In this document: positions 20,119 to 29,972 of the stretch, piece after piece
Layout of the letters: each line of letters begins with the position of its first letter
How positions within the stretch are numbered: the first letter of the stretch is position 1
DNA from: Paraliomyxa miuraensis
GTDB lineage: Bacteria > Myxococcota_A > Polyangia > Nannocystales > Nannocystaceae
DNA length: 64,000 bases
Assembly (NCBI RefSeq): GCF_026337845.1
Contig: NZ_JAOVZF010000146.1
Span: 57,015-121,014, forward strand
Direction: 5' to 3'
Notes under the pieces: model-generated
The model's database searches: none
Seen by the model: the letters and a program-made list of their open reading frames with translations, nothing else
What the model was told of the DNA's origin: nothing
Position numbers and translations under genes: made by a program

Positions 20119-21657
20119 GTGGGCCTCGAGCCGGGCCGCCCCTCGGGTCACCGTCCACACCACCCGTCGCGTCACCGCGGCTTGCTGCTGTCGGGGCTGC
20201 TGCTCGCCGGGCTCGCGTGCGGAGACGACTCGCTCACGCCCGTGGGCTCGGGCTCGGGCTCGGGCAGTGACACCGGGGACGAGCTCGTCACCACCGCGGT
20301 CGTCGACAGCAGCAGCGGAGACCAGAGCACCTCCACCACCGAGTCGGTCGACGAGACGACCGCGCCTCCGGCGTGTGGTGATGGGATCGTCGATGCCGGC
20401 GAGGACTGCGACGACGGGGTCGAGTCGGCCACGTGCAACGCCGATTGCACCGCGGCCGCATGTGGAGACGGCTCGATCAACGCGACCGCCGGTGAGCAGT
20501 GCGACGACGGGATCGAGTCGGCCACCTGCAACGCCGACTGCACGGCGGCGGCGTGCGGAGACGACGTGCTCAACGAGACCGCGGGCGAGACCTGCGACGA
20601 CGGAGGCGAGTCGACGGCATGCAACGCCGATTGCACGGCGGCGGCGTGTGGAGACGGCGTGCTCAACGAGACCGCGCTCGAGTCGTGCGACGACGGCAAC
20701 CCCGACGACTTCGACTTCTGCAGCAACCAGTGCATGCCGGCGCCCGCGCTGGTGCTGGCGGGCATGCACGTGCTCGACACCGACACCGGGGAGCTCGACG
20801 GGGTGCCGCAGACGAGCTGGGATCCCGCGAGCGCCACCTGGTATCTCACCGGGCTGGAGCTCGAGGCGGGGGCATCCCTGCGCGTGATCGGCAGCGCTCC
20901 GCTGACGATCTTGGTCGAGGGCGAGGTGCTCGTGGCGGGGCTGCTCGACGTCTCGGGGGAGAACGGCACCAACCCCAGCGGTGGAGGCATCGATTGCAAC
21001 TCGGCCGGCCAGGGAGGGCAGGGGGGCCCCGGAGGCTTCGCCGGGGGTGATGGTGCGGGCCTGGGAGGCTCGGGCACCGAGAACGGTCGTGCCGGCGAGG
21101 CGCCGGAGATGGTCGCGGTCGCCGGGGGTGGACAGGCCAACGCGGTGATCGATCTGGTGTTCGGAGCGGGCGGCGGTGGCGGAGGTGGCCATGCCATGGC
21201 CGGCTCCAATGGCCTGGGCAACGCCGGCGGGGTGGGGGGCTCGGGCGGCGAGGCGTACGCCAGCCTGCCCCCGCTCGTGGGCGGTGGCGGAGGCGGTGGC
21301 GGAAGCGTGGAGAAGGATGGCGCGCTGGGTGCCGGCCTCGATCCCACCGACGACGAGGGCGCGGGCGGTGGTGGTGGTGGCGGTGCGATCGCGATCGAGG
21401 CCACGGTGGCGATCACCGTGACCGGCGACATCGATGCCTCGGGGGGCAACGGCGGCAACGATGCCGGCTGCGAGGGCGCGACCGGTGGCGGCGGCGGCGG
21501 AGCCGGGGGCGCGATCATGCTGGCTTCGCCCATGACCAACGTCGCGGGCGGCGCCCTCGACGTCTCCGGGGGCAACGGGGGCGTGTCGGTCTACGGCGGC
21601 GGCGCGGTCAACCTTCGCGGGGGCAACGGCGCGGCGGGTCGCGTGGCGGTGATGTGA
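20119..21657 (+). CDS. Lipoprotein with four Myxococcus cysteine-rich repeats and a C-terminal Gly-rich beta-helix-like domain
   Basis: The repeats [26 protein letters not shown] are nearly identical to the unit in the 231-1748 protein. Signal peptide with lipobox (LLLAGLAC). I chose the GTG start at 20119 because the earlier ATG lies only 19 nt from the divergent SDR start. The C-terminus is poly-Gly rich. Confidence 0.7.
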   Translation: MGLEPGRPSGHRPHHPSRHRGLLLSGLLLAGLACGDDSLTPVGSGSGSGSDTGDELVTTAVVDSSSGDQSTSTTESVDETTAPPACGDGIVDAGEDCDDGVESATCNADCTAAACGDGSINATAGEQCDDGIESATCNADCTAAACGDDVLNETAGETCDDGGESTACNADCTAAACGDGVLNETALESCDDGNPDDFDFCSNQCMPAPALVLAGMHVLDTDTGELDGVPQTSWDPASATWYLTGLELEAGASLRVIGSAPLTILVEGEVLVAGLLDVSGENGTNPSGGGIDCNSAGQGGQGGPGGFAGGDGAGLGGSGTENGRAGEAPEMVAVAGGGQANAVIDLVFGAGGGGGGGHAMAGSNGLGNAGGVGGSGGEAYASLPPLVGGGGGGGGSVEKDGALGAGLDPTDDEGAGGGGGGGAIAIEATVAITVTGDIDASGGNGGNDAGCEGATGGGGGGAGGAIMLASPMTNVAGGALDVSGGNGGVSVYGGGAVNLRGGNGAAGRVAVM

Positions 21658-21667
21658 CGCCTACGGC

Positions 21668-23407
21668 TCAGGAGCCGCTGGTCAGCACGTACTTGTTGCC
21701 GGTCTTGAGCAGATCCTGCTCCTCCCACCACTTGAATTCGCCCTCGTAGCCCTCCTTGAGCTCCCAGATGAACTTGCCCGAGGCCCACACCGCACACTCG
21801 AACTTGCACTCGAGCAGCACGAACTTGCCCACCAGGAACACGCCCTGGCTGTCGTGATCGAGCTGCAAGCGCACGGCGAAGCCGGTGTTGCCCTTGACCT
21901 CGGCCCCGAACGCGAACCCGAACCAGCCCGTGGAGCCGAACGAGGCCCTGGCCTCGAAGATCACCTTGAGCGCGCCCTGGATCATGCCGTTGACGCTGGC
22001 TCGGGCCAGCTCGGGCTTCTTCTTGGCCCCGATCTCGCCCGCGATGAGCCCCTGGAAGGCCAGGAAGATCTCGAAGACCTGATCTCGTTCCTTGGCCCAC
22101 TCGCGCACCTTGGCCAGGCCCTTGGCGATGATCGCGAACTGGGTCTTGCCCAGCGCCTTGATGAGCACGTCGAGGATCTCGATGCGCAGCTCGAGGCCGA
22201 TGAGCGGGTCGGCCTTGAGCATCACGCTCCACTCGGTGCCGACGGTGGTCTTGCCCTCGATCTCGGTGTACTGGCCCTTGTACTCGAGCTGCAGGTTGGG
22301 GAACAGCGGCCGGAGCGTGACCCCGGTGAAGGTGAAGAAGTACTCGACGAACTTGTCGATGGCCCGCTTGATCAGGCGGTTGAACGCCGCCCACTTCTTG
22401 ATCTTGTCCTCGTACTTGAGGCCGAGCGACTCGGAGCGGCCGCCGTACTTGACCTTGCCCTCGAGCTCGAACTTCCACTCGGTATGGGCCGGGCGCCCGC
22501 GCTTCTCGTGGTAGCCGCGCTGCTGTGCCAGCTCCATCTTGCCGTCGACGCGATCGTCGGTGTTGAGCGCCAGCACCAGCTTGGCCTCGACCTGCAGCTC
22601 CGGGTACACGCGCACGAGCGCATGGACCCCGTGGCCGGTGCACGCCTGCGGGGACAGGGTGAACTCGGCCGGGCCCATGTTCCAGGCCCAGAAGTAGTCG
22701 AGCAGGCGCGAGCTGTCGATGCGCGAGTAGAACACCTGCACCTTCAGCTCGCCGTCGGGCAGGGTCTGCCGCACGCCGGGCCCGGTGACCGACAGGACCT
22801 TGGGCTGGTGGACGCCGCACGCGGCCGCGGTCCACTCGGGCTTGACCGTGATCGTGTCGGCGTGGTCCTGGTCGCCGGCCACCACCTCGAGCGTGCGGTC
22901 GGACTGCGCCGTGCCCACCTCGAGGCGCAGGGCGGCCTTGCGCTTGCCCACGTGGCTGCACTCGTAGGTGACCACGGCCAGGATGCACTCGATGACCGGC
23001 GCCGGTGCGGGCTCGGACTCCTTGGGGGGCGAGGAGGAGGTGCTCCCATCCTGCTGGGTGAGCGTGGCCAGCGGTGAGGGCTCGCTGTCGAGCAGCTCCA
23101 TCGACGGGCGCTCGCGGATGCAGGCCATGACCATGATCTCGCCCGAGGCCACCTCGCGCGAGAACAGCTCGAGCAGCCGGCTCTCGGGCAGCGACCACAG
23201 GTCGGCGCCCAGCTGCGGCACGGCCCGCATCAGCGCCCGCCGCAGGGCCTCGAGGTTGCTGGGGTGATCGACGATCCAGTCGAAGGTGCGACTCCACGAC
23301 TCCGCCTCTTGCAGCGTCACCGTCGAGGCGGCGCCGGCCTTGGCCGGGTCGAACCGCGTCGAGAGCTCGTAGAGCTCGCCAAAGGGACCTAGGAGCAGCT
23401 CGGACAC
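21668..23407 (-). CDS. Hypothetical protein with a Lys-rich, beta-strand-like C-terminal half
   Basis: Long minus-strand ORF with high GC3. The first 70 codons of the track ORF look non-coding, so the start is uncertain (GTG at 23407 or ATG at 23524). No recognised domain. The Lys/Glu/Phe-rich C-terminal half is unusual for this genome. Confidence 0.5.
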   Translation of the reverse strand: MSELLLGPFGELYELSTRFDPAKAGAASTVTLQEAESWSRTFDWIVDHPSNLEALRRALMRAVPQLGADLWSLPESRLLELFSREVASGEIMVMACIRERPSMELLDSEPSPLATLTQQDGSTSSSPPKESEPAPAPVIECILAVVTYECSHVGKRKAALRLEVGTAQSDRTLEVVAGDQDHADTITVKPEWTAAACGVHQPKVLSVTGPGVRQTLPDGELKVQVFYSRIDSSRLLDYFWAWNMGPAEFTLSPQACTGHGVHALVRVYPELQVEAKLVLALNTDDRVDGKMELAQQRGYHEKRGRPAHTEWKFELEGKVKYGGRSESLGLKYEDKIKKWAAFNRLIKRAIDKFVEYFFTFTGVTLRPLFPNLQLEYKGQYTEIEGKTTVGTEWSVMLKADPLIGLELRIEILDVLIKALGKTQFAIIAKGLAKVREWAKERDQVFEIFLAFQGLIAGEIGAKKKPELARASVNGMIQGALKVIFEARASFGSTGWFGFAFGAEVKGNTGFAVRLQLDHDSQGVFLVGKFVLLECKFECAVWASGKFIWELKEGYEGEFKWWEEQDLLKTGNKYVLTSGS

Positions 23408-23634
23408 GCTGCCGCCATGATAACGGCTCCCGCCCGATCGCGGGGGCTCGCGAAAGCCCTCGCGGGTAGCGCACCTGGAGGACGCATCCGCTCCGAGGAC
23501 GGGACCCTGCGCAGAGCCGCGCATGCCGAAGCCCCGCCATTTTCCACCCGCGCCCACCCGGCGCTCACACCATGGGGGACCGATGGTGCGTAGAAGCGGC
23601 GGGATCGGTACAGTCGCCACCCGCTCAGACCGTC

Positions 23635-25980
23635 ATGCGCAACCGCAAGCTCGCCCGCCTCGGCCCCCTCACCTTGCTCCTGGCTCTGGCCCCGACCCTC
23701 GCGTCCACGGGCTGTGCCAGCGGGCGCCGAGCATTCCCCGCCACCTCCACCAACCTCGAGCTCGAGCGCGTCGTGCTCTATCGCAACGGCGTCGGCTACT
23801 TCGAGCGCCACGGCGAGGTCGACGACTCGACCCTGCGCATTCGCGTGCGCCGCGATCAGATCAACGATCTGCTCAAGAGCCTGACCGTGGTCGATGCCAA
23901 CGGCCAGGCCGTGAGCGTGTCGATGCCGCTGGACCCCGAGACGTGGGCCGCGGCCGCCCTGTCGGCGTTGACCCCGGGCAGCGGCAGCCTGGCGCAGCTA
24001 CTCGACGGCCTGCGCGGTACCGACGTCACCCTGCACACGACGCTGGGCCGCGTTCGCGGTCGGGTGGTGCTGGTGGAGCGGATCATCGACGAGCCCGATC
24101 CCGACGCCGCTTCGGGCTGGCCGCGCGGCGGCGGCGGCGGTGATGGGCCCTCGCAGCGCGACTTCAAGGTCACGCTCATGAGGGGCAACGAGCTCCAGGT
24201 GGTGCGCCTGTCCAAGGTCCGCGACGTGACGCTGCACGACGGCGACCTCGCCATGCAGCTCCACCGCCGTCTCGACGCCAGCTCGGGCGAGGGCATGTTC
24301 CAGCAGGTCGAGGTGGCGATCGAGCTGGTGGGCGCCAAGAGCCACGACGTGAGCGTGAGCTACGTGGTCTCGGCCCCGATGTGGAAGCCCACCTATCGCG
24401 TGGTGCTGCCCGAGGACGGCAAGGGCCAGGCGCTGCTCCAGGGCTGGGCCGTGGTCGACAACGTGAGCGGCGAGGACTGGTCGAACGTGAGCATGTCGCT
24501 GACCTCGGGCGAGCCGATCGCGTTCCAGTACGATCTGCACACCCCGCGCACCGTGTTCCGCAGCGATCTCACCGAGTCCGGCGTGCGCAAGCGGGCCACG
24601 GTGGCGATGGGCGAGACCACCTACGGCACCTACGACGAGGCGATGGCCGAGCCCGAGCCCGAGGCGGCTGCGGCCTACGACTATGAGGCCGACGACATGG
24701 CCGGGGGCGACGGGGACTACTGGGCCGAGGCGGAGGAGGAGCGCGAGTACAAGGCCGACAAGAACGCCAAGGCCAAGCGCAAGCCGGCCGAGCCGAAGCC
24801 GAGCGGCGCCCCCAGCAGCGGCTACGGTCGGGCCAGCGCCGCCTCGGGCCCCATGCCCCCGCCGGCTGCCAATGCACCGAGCCCCGTCGACCTCGAGGCC
24901 CTGCGGCGCAGCACGCTGGCCGACGCCCGCGCCAAGCAGGTCAGCGGCATGACCCGCTACGACCTCGAGCAGCGCGTGACCGTGCCCAACGGCAGCGCCA
25001 CCATGGTGGCGATCCTCAACCGCCAGGTGGAGGCCGAGCAGACCTTCCTCTACCGGCCCGGGGGCGCGGGCATCGGCTACGACGCCAATCCCTACCGGGT
25101 GGTGCGGTTCAAGAACAGCACGCCGTTCGTGCTCGAGCCCGGGCCCATCAGCATCTACACCGGGGGCAGCTTCGTGGGCGAGGGCCTCTCGGAGGCCGTG
25201 AGCACGGGCACCAGCGCCACGATTCCGTTCGCGGTGGAGCCGGGCATCATGGTCAGCTCGTCCGCGCAGTACTCGGGCGACGAGATGCACCTCCTGCGGA
25301 TCTCGCGAGGCGTGCTCGAGGTGGAGAGCTTCTCGCGCACGACCACCACCTGGTCGGTGAAGGGCAAGACCGACAAGGACGGCTACAACGTGCTGGTGCG
25401 CCACGGGAAGGCCGGCTGGAACTACGAGCTGATCGATCCGCCCAAGGGCACCGAGGTGCTGCCCGACGGGTACTTGATCCCCGTGGACGTGCCCAAGGGC
25501 AAGACCGAGGGCAGCACGGTGGTGGTGGAGCAGACGCCCTCGACCACCACGATCAGCATCTGGGACGGTCGCGCGCTGGGCCTGATGGAGAAGCTGGTGC
25601 TGTCGGCCGAATTGCCGGCCGACATGCGCAGCAAGATCCAGCCCGTGGTCGACCTTCGGCGGGAGATCGGCCGCATCGACACGGAGATCGACGGACTCAA
25701 GGCGCAGCAGATCGAGCTCGACCAGCGGGCCAACGAGACCCGGCAGAACCTCGAGGCGATCAAGAAGGACCCCAAGGCCGATGCGCTGCGCAAGAAGCTC
25801 AGCGACCGCCTGGAGGACTTCACGTCCGAGGGCGATCGCATCGGTCGCAAAGTGGTGGAGCTGCAGAGCCAGCGGCTCGAGAAGAAGATCGCCCTCGAGG
25901 ACCTGCTCGAGAACCTCGACATCAGCGCGCCTCCGCGGAGCCCCTCGCGAGACAAGAGCGGACCCAGCAAGGGCAAGTAG
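23635..25980 (+). CDS. DUF4140/DUF4139-family lipoprotein (mucoidy-inhibitor-A-like)
   Basis: Start at MRNRKLARLGPLTLLLALAPTLASTGC (lipobox). The architecture matches DUF4139-containing proteins. C-terminal coiled-coil and Lys-rich tail. Confidence 0.7.
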   Translation: MRNRKLARLGPLTLLLALAPTLASTGCASGRRAFPATSTNLELERVVLYRNGVGYFERHGEVDDSTLRIRVRRDQINDLLKSLTVVDANGQAVSVSMPLDPETWAAAALSALTPGSGSLAQLLDGLRGTDVTLHTTLGRVRGRVVLVERIIDEPDPDAASGWPRGGGGGDGPSQRDFKVTLMRGNELQVVRLSKVRDVTLHDGDLAMQLHRRLDASSGEGMFQQVEVAIELVGAKSHDVSVSYVVSAPMWKPTYRVVLPEDGKGQALLQGWAVVDNVSGEDWSNVSMSLTSGEPIAFQYDLHTPRTVFRSDLTESGVRKRATVAMGETTYGTYDEAMAEPEPEAAAAYDYEADDMAGGDGDYWAEAEEEREYKADKNAKAKRKPAEPKPSGAPSSGYGRASAASGPMPPPAANAPSPVDLEALRRSTLADARAKQVSGMTRYDLEQRVTVPNGSATMVAILNRQVEAEQTFLYRPGGAGIGYDANPYRVVRFKNSTPFVLEPGPISIYTGGSFVGEGLSEAVSTGTSATIPFAVEPGIMVSSSAQYSGDEMHLLRISRGVLEVESFSRTTTTWSVKGKTDKDGYNVLVRHGKAGWNYELIDPPKGTEVLPDGYLIPVDVPKGKTEGSTVVVEQTPSTTTISIWDGRALGLMEKLVLSAELPADMRSKIQPVVDLRREIGRIDTEIDGLKAQQIELDQRANETRQNLEAIKKDPKADALRKKLSDRLEDFTSEGDRIGRKVVELQSQRLEKKIALEDLLENLDISAPPRSPSRDKSGPSKGK

Positions 25981-26103
25981 GCGCCGTCGATTCCAGTAGG
26001 CTGGGCTCCGGGGCAGGCTGGCCCCGGGGCAGGCTGCGGGAGCGACGCATCGTCATTCTCGAGCGAGCGTCTGGCGGCAACTGCCCTATACTCTGCCCCG
26101 CTC

Positions 26104-26664
26104 ATGTCTGTCGCTGCGGACTCCCGGCCCCGTTCCTCGTCCCGCCGTGCCGTGCTCGCGCTCCTCGTGGGGGGCCTGTGGGCCGTCGTTGCGTGTGCAC
26201 CCAAGGTCAATGCCCAGCGCACGCCCGACTACGACCTCGAGGCCGCCAAGGCCTACGCGTGGGTCACCGAAGATCTCGTGCTCATCGAGCTCGGCGAGGA
26301 TCAGCCCAACGTGCGCACCAAGGACAACGAGCGCTTGATCCGGGAGGCGGTGAATCGCGAGCTGGCCGCGCGCGGGTTCCAGCTGGTTCCCAAGGAGCAG
26401 GCCCAGGTGCTGGTGGCGTTCTCGGTGGGCGTGCGGGTGCGCTACCGGGTGGAGGGCGTCGATCCCAGCTCGATCACCGCGACCGGCCCCGGGGAGCCAC
26501 AGACCAAGGGCACGCTCAACATCTACCTCATCGATCGCGCCACCGAGGCGGAGGTCTGGCATGGCTGGACCTCCAAGTGGCTGCACAAGGGCGACGACCC
26601 GGCAGCGGTGATCGACGAGGCGGTCCGCAAGATCATGGCTGCCTACCCGAACGACGCCCCGTAG
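26104..26664 (+). CDS. DUF4136-like lipoprotein (hypothetical)
   Basis: Signal peptide with lipobox (VVAC). Size and pattern are consistent with the DUF4136 family. Confidence 0.5.
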   Translation: MSVAADSRPRSSSRRAVLALLVGGLWAVVACAPKVNAQRTPDYDLEAAKAYAWVTEDLVLIELGEDQPNVRTKDNERLIREAVNRELAARGFQLVPKEQAQVLVAFSVGVRVRYRVEGVDPSSITATGPGEPQTKGTLNIYLIDRATEAEVWHGWTSKWLHKGDDPAAVIDEAVRKIMAAYPNDAP

Positions 26665-26740
26665 GTCGCGCCCGGGGTGCGGGCGCGGGAGGGGCTCTTC
26701 GGATTGGTGCGAGCGGTCTCGCGGCGGGCCGCCCGGGCCC

Positions 26741-27247
26741 TCAGCCCGAGGCCGTGAGCTCGCGCTTCATCCACCGCACGAGCCCGCCGTCGTAGGTCCG
26801 CCACGAGCGATCGGGCGCATGGAACCGGACGGTGAGGACCTTGCGAGAGTTCGACTCCTTGGAGATCGGCGCGCCGATGAGCATGCCGAGCACCAGCCCC
26901 GCCGCCCAGCCGTCGCCCTTCTTGGCCACCGCGGTGCGCAGCGCCGCCGAGGGCACCGCCCCGTGGGGCGCCTCGTCTTGCAGCACCGGGCGCTTCTTGG
27001 GCGGAGCATCGAGCTTCTGCAGGCGGGCCACGCCGTCCTCGCTCACCTCGAGCATGAAGTCCTGGTTCATCTCGCGGAACGAGAAGTGCTGCCCGGCGTG
27101 ATCGAGCGGCGTGAGCTCGAGGGGCAGCTCGCCGATGCGGAGCTGTGCCACCTCGGCGAGGTCGTCGGCGAACACCACGAGCTCGTGGTAGCGCTTGCCA
27201 CGGCTCAGCAGGCCGGAGGCGAGATCGGGGAGCTTGAGCTGCGACAT
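26741..27247 (-). CDS. Hypothetical protein (168 aa) immediately downstream of the RelA/SpoT-domain gene
   Basis: 3-nt gap from the upstream gene, with high GC3. Candidate partner (antitoxin or regulator) of the toxSAS-like protein. Confidence 0.45.
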   Translation of the reverse strand: MSQLKLPDLASGLLSRGKRYHELVVFADDLAEVAQLRIGELPLELTPLDHAGQHFSFREMNQDFMLEVSEDGVARLQKLDAPPKKRPVLQDEAPHGAVPSAALRTAVAKKGDGWAAGLVLGMLIGAPISKESNSRKVLTVRFHAPDRSWRTYDGGLVRWMKRELTASG

Positions 27248-27250
27248 CGA

Positions 27251-28357
27251 CTACTTCTTCCAGCCCAGGATGGCGTTCTTCATGTCGTTGGTGGGACCCC
27301 GCCAGCTCTTGGCGAGATCCTGGAACTCCGGCCCGAAGGTCGGCATGAGGGCCAGGGTGTAGCAGAGCACGTCGTCGTCGCCGCCGGTCTCGTGAAGACC
27401 CAGCTCGCCCGCGACCTCGACCCCACGCTCGAGCATCTCGGCCGTGGTGCCCAGGCCCGCCAGCGCGCCGGAGGTCAGGGGCTCGATCACCGAGTCCATC
27501 AGCCGGAACAGCCGCATGAAGTCACCCGTGAGGGTGTGCCCCACCGAGTGCTCGAGCGCGTGCCGCAGATCCTCGGGGCTCTCGAGCGGGTGGTTGGCAT
27601 CGAGCAGTCGGCGACGGCGGGCGTCGAGCAGCCGCTCCACGGCGCGGTCGGTGAGCCGCGACAGGTGCAGCAGGTCGTCGATGCCCTCGTGGACCTCGCG
27701 CGGGATGTCCTCGGCGTCGGGCCGGTAGGCGATGTCGGACTCGAGCTCGTTGAAGATGTGCGACGAGATCGACGCGACCTGGACCTCGACGATCGAGCCT
27801 CGCAGCGACGGCCGGTCGAACGACTCGTCGAGGTCGACGAGCGCACGGCTGGCCCGTGCGCGATCGGCCTTGTGCTCGATGGGGTTGGGTACGTCGGCCA
27901 GCGGGAACCGCCGCAGGATCAGCTCGAACGCCGCCTGCTCGTCGACCGGGTGGTAGACGATCACACGCGCTCGCGCGAGATCGGGTACCAAGCGGTTGAG
28001 CTCGGTGGTCAGCCGTGTGTACGTGAGGGTCGGGCTCGAGGGCTCGTCGGCGGATCGCTGCTCGGCGAGGGTGCGTCGCACCTCGTCGGGATGCTTGGCA
28101 CGCGACAGCACCAAGGCCTTGATGCCTGCTGCGCGCAGCTCGCGGCGCAAGCGGTGCTCGAGCACTGCTCCTGCCTCTTCGTAGCGGGCCATCGAGTCGC
28201 GATAGAGACCGACGACCACCTCGATCTCACCCGGGGTAATCAAGCGTGGTGCTGTGGCGCCTTCCACGGGGCGAAGCATCGCATAGGTGGGGGCCGAAAG
28301 ACGAATATCGACCGTCGAAATCGTCGCCCCCGCGGCCGGCGGCCTCGAGCCGGGCAC
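27251..28357 (-). CDS. RelA/SpoT-domain (nucleotidyltransferase, alarmone-synthetase-like) protein
   Basis: LVLSRAKHPDEVRRTL matches the R.K...S..EK motif, DLARARVIV matches DL.G.R.I., and VEVQVASISSHIFNELESDIAYR matches the EIQIRT..QH.WAE.EHD..YK synthetase motif. An extra domain of about 170 aa follows. Confidence 0.65.
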   Translation of the reverse strand: MPGSRPPAAGATISTVDIRLSAPTYAMLRPVEGATAPRLITPGEIEVVVGLYRDSMARYEEAGAVLEHRLRRELRAAGIKALVLSRAKHPDEVRRTLAEQRSADEPSSPTLTYTRLTTELNRLVPDLARARVIVYHPVDEQAAFELILRRFPLADVPNPIEHKADRARASRALVDLDESFDRPSLRGSIVEVQVASISSHIFNELESDIAYRPDAEDIPREVHEGIDDLLHLSRLTDRAVERLLDARRRRLLDANHPLESPEDLRHALEHSVGHTLTGDFMRLFRLMDSVIEPLTSGALAGLGTTAEMLERGVEVAGELGLHETGGDDDVLCYTLALMPTFGPEFQDLAKSWRGPTNDMKNAILGWKK

Positions 28358-28468
28358 CCGGACGGATGTACAGGTCAGACATCGCCGTACGCCGAAGGGC
28401 GAGACCCGCCGTGCAGGTCTCGCCCTCTCGTGCCCTCGGTGGGGCGACCGGCCCTCGGCGACTCGGTG

Positions 28469-29788
28469 CTACCCGATGGGATTGCCCACGTTGCTGAGGG
28501 CGAAGCCGGTCATGTCGCTGTAGGTGTAGGGCAGGTTGAAGCCGGTCACGGTGTCGATCTGCCCGGTGACCGGGTTCACGCGGTAGGCCTCGTTGTTGTA
28601 GATGGCCGGGCCCCACACGTTGCCCTGGAAGTCGATGCTGATGCCGTGCACGTAGCTCGGTAGATCGATCGTCTGGACCACGGCCATGGTGTTGATGTCG
28701 ACCCCGACCATCGGGTCGTTGGCCAGCCACAGGGTGCCCATGCCGTCTTCCATGCAGCCACCGCTGCCGCCGGCGTAGGCCGTTTGCCAGGTCTCGGTGA
28801 TGGGATCGAAGCGGCCGACGTTGCTGCTGCAGGTCCACACCTGACCGAGCGAGTCCACCGTCATGCCGTAGCCGCTGGTGGCCATGGGCCAGGTGCTCAC
28901 CGAGAGATCGGACAGACGCACCCGCACCAGGTAGCCCTGGCTCAGCTGACTGCCCCAGAAGTTGCCGTCGGAGTCCACCGCGCCGCCGTAGATCCCGTAG
29001 AAGTTCGGGTTGACGCCGGGAATGGGCACGGTGGCCTCGACCACGCCGGTCTCGCCGTCCATCAGCACCACGTCGATGCTGCCGTTGGCGCCCGAGGTCC
29101 AGACCTTGGTGTCCTCGTAGCGGCACGTGCCCGTGTTGAACGTGCCCTGGGTCCACTGCACGGGCCGCTGCGAGGCGTAGGCGAACGGGGTGTGCCAGGC
29201 GATGCAGCCGTCGGGCCAGGCCTTGACGTCGCCGGCCCCCGTGGAGGTGTTGGCCGGGTTGTCGCAGCGCTCGGGGATCGCATAGATCTTGGTGACGCCG
29301 CCCGAGCGGTTGGCCACCGCCACGTCGCCGTTGAGGTTGACCGAGGTTCGCGACGGGTTGCCGTTGGAGTCGGGACGCACGACGTAGCGGCCCTCCTCGA
29401 TCAGCGTCTGGGTGTCGACCTTGGAGATCGAGCCCGAGTTGCTGTTGGCGATCCAGATGTACGAGAAGTCGGGGGCTCCGCCGCCTCCGCCTCCGCCTCC
29501 ACCTCCGCAGCCGACGTTGGCGTCGGGCTGGGTGCCGAGGTCGAACTTGACGTCGCCGTCTCCGCTGCTGTCGACCCCCGAGTTGTTGCCCGTGCCGTTG
29601 GTCGTGCCGCTGTTGGAATCCTCGTCCTGACCCGTGGCGCTGTCGGTGTTGCTGGCGGCCGTGATCGTGGTGGGGATTCCTCCGTCACCCTCTCCATCGC
29701 CGCGACCATCACCGTCGCCTCCGCAGGCCAGCGCGAGCGCAGGCACGACTGCCACACAAAGACGCCCCATCGAGCTATGCATCCCCAT
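28469..29788 (-). CDS. Secreted beta-propeller lipoprotein (YVTN/NHL-like repeats) with a poly-Gly linker
   Basis: Start at MGMHSSMGRLCVAVVPALALAC (lipobox). Asp/Gly-rich linker with a G11 run, then repeated beta-strand motifs. Confidence 0.55.
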   Translation of the reverse strand: MGMHSSMGRLCVAVVPALALACGGDGDGRGDGEGDGGIPTTITAASNTDSATGQDEDSNSGTTNGTGNNSGVDSSGDGDVKFDLGTQPDANVGCGGGGGGGGGGAPDFSYIWIANSNSGSISKVDTQTLIEEGRYVVRPDSNGNPSRTSVNLNGDVAVANRSGGVTKIYAIPERCDNPANTSTGAGDVKAWPDGCIAWHTPFAYASQRPVQWTQGTFNTGTCRYEDTKVWTSGANGSIDVVLMDGETGVVEATVPIPGVNPNFYGIYGGAVDSDGNFWGSQLSQGYLVRVRLSDLSVSTWPMATSGYGMTVDSLGQVWTCSSNVGRFDPITETWQTAYAGGSGGCMEDGMGTLWLANDPMVGVDINTMAVVQTIDLPSYVHGISIDFQGNVWGPAIYNNEAYRVNPVTGQIDTVTGFNLPYTYSDMTGFALSNVGNPIG

Positions 29789-29972
29789 CGCGGGACCATC
29801 GTAGGCCCTTCCTGGCACGGCATGCAAACCGATCTTTGGCGTGACATGCGGTTTGTGCAGATCGCACACCGTGAGCTTCACGCCCATCGTGACGACGGCG
29901 AGACTCGACCTCGAAGCGGGACGAGTTCGTGCGCGGTCACGCCTTGGGGGCCATGGACCCCGTGGGATGCGC

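Noticed and set aside
19222-21192. Upstream two-thirds of the 944-aa minus-strand ORF 18358-21192
   Set aside because: Antisense to the Cys-rich/Gly-rich gene 20119-21657 and overlapping the SDR gene in another frame. Only the last 287 codons (18358-19221) look protein-like.
21591-23540. 649-aa minus-strand ORF and 21854-23077 plus-strand ORF
   Set aside because: Alternative-frame or antisense shadows of the 21668-23407 gene, with Arg/Gly/Pro-dominated translations.
25996-26035. Direct repeat CCGGGGCAGGCTG x2 / short hairpin after the DUF4139 gene, considered as a mobile-element end or CRISPR-like repeat
   Set aside because: Only two copies, with no spacers and no adjacent transposase. Most likely a simple terminator-like hairpin in GC-rich DNA.
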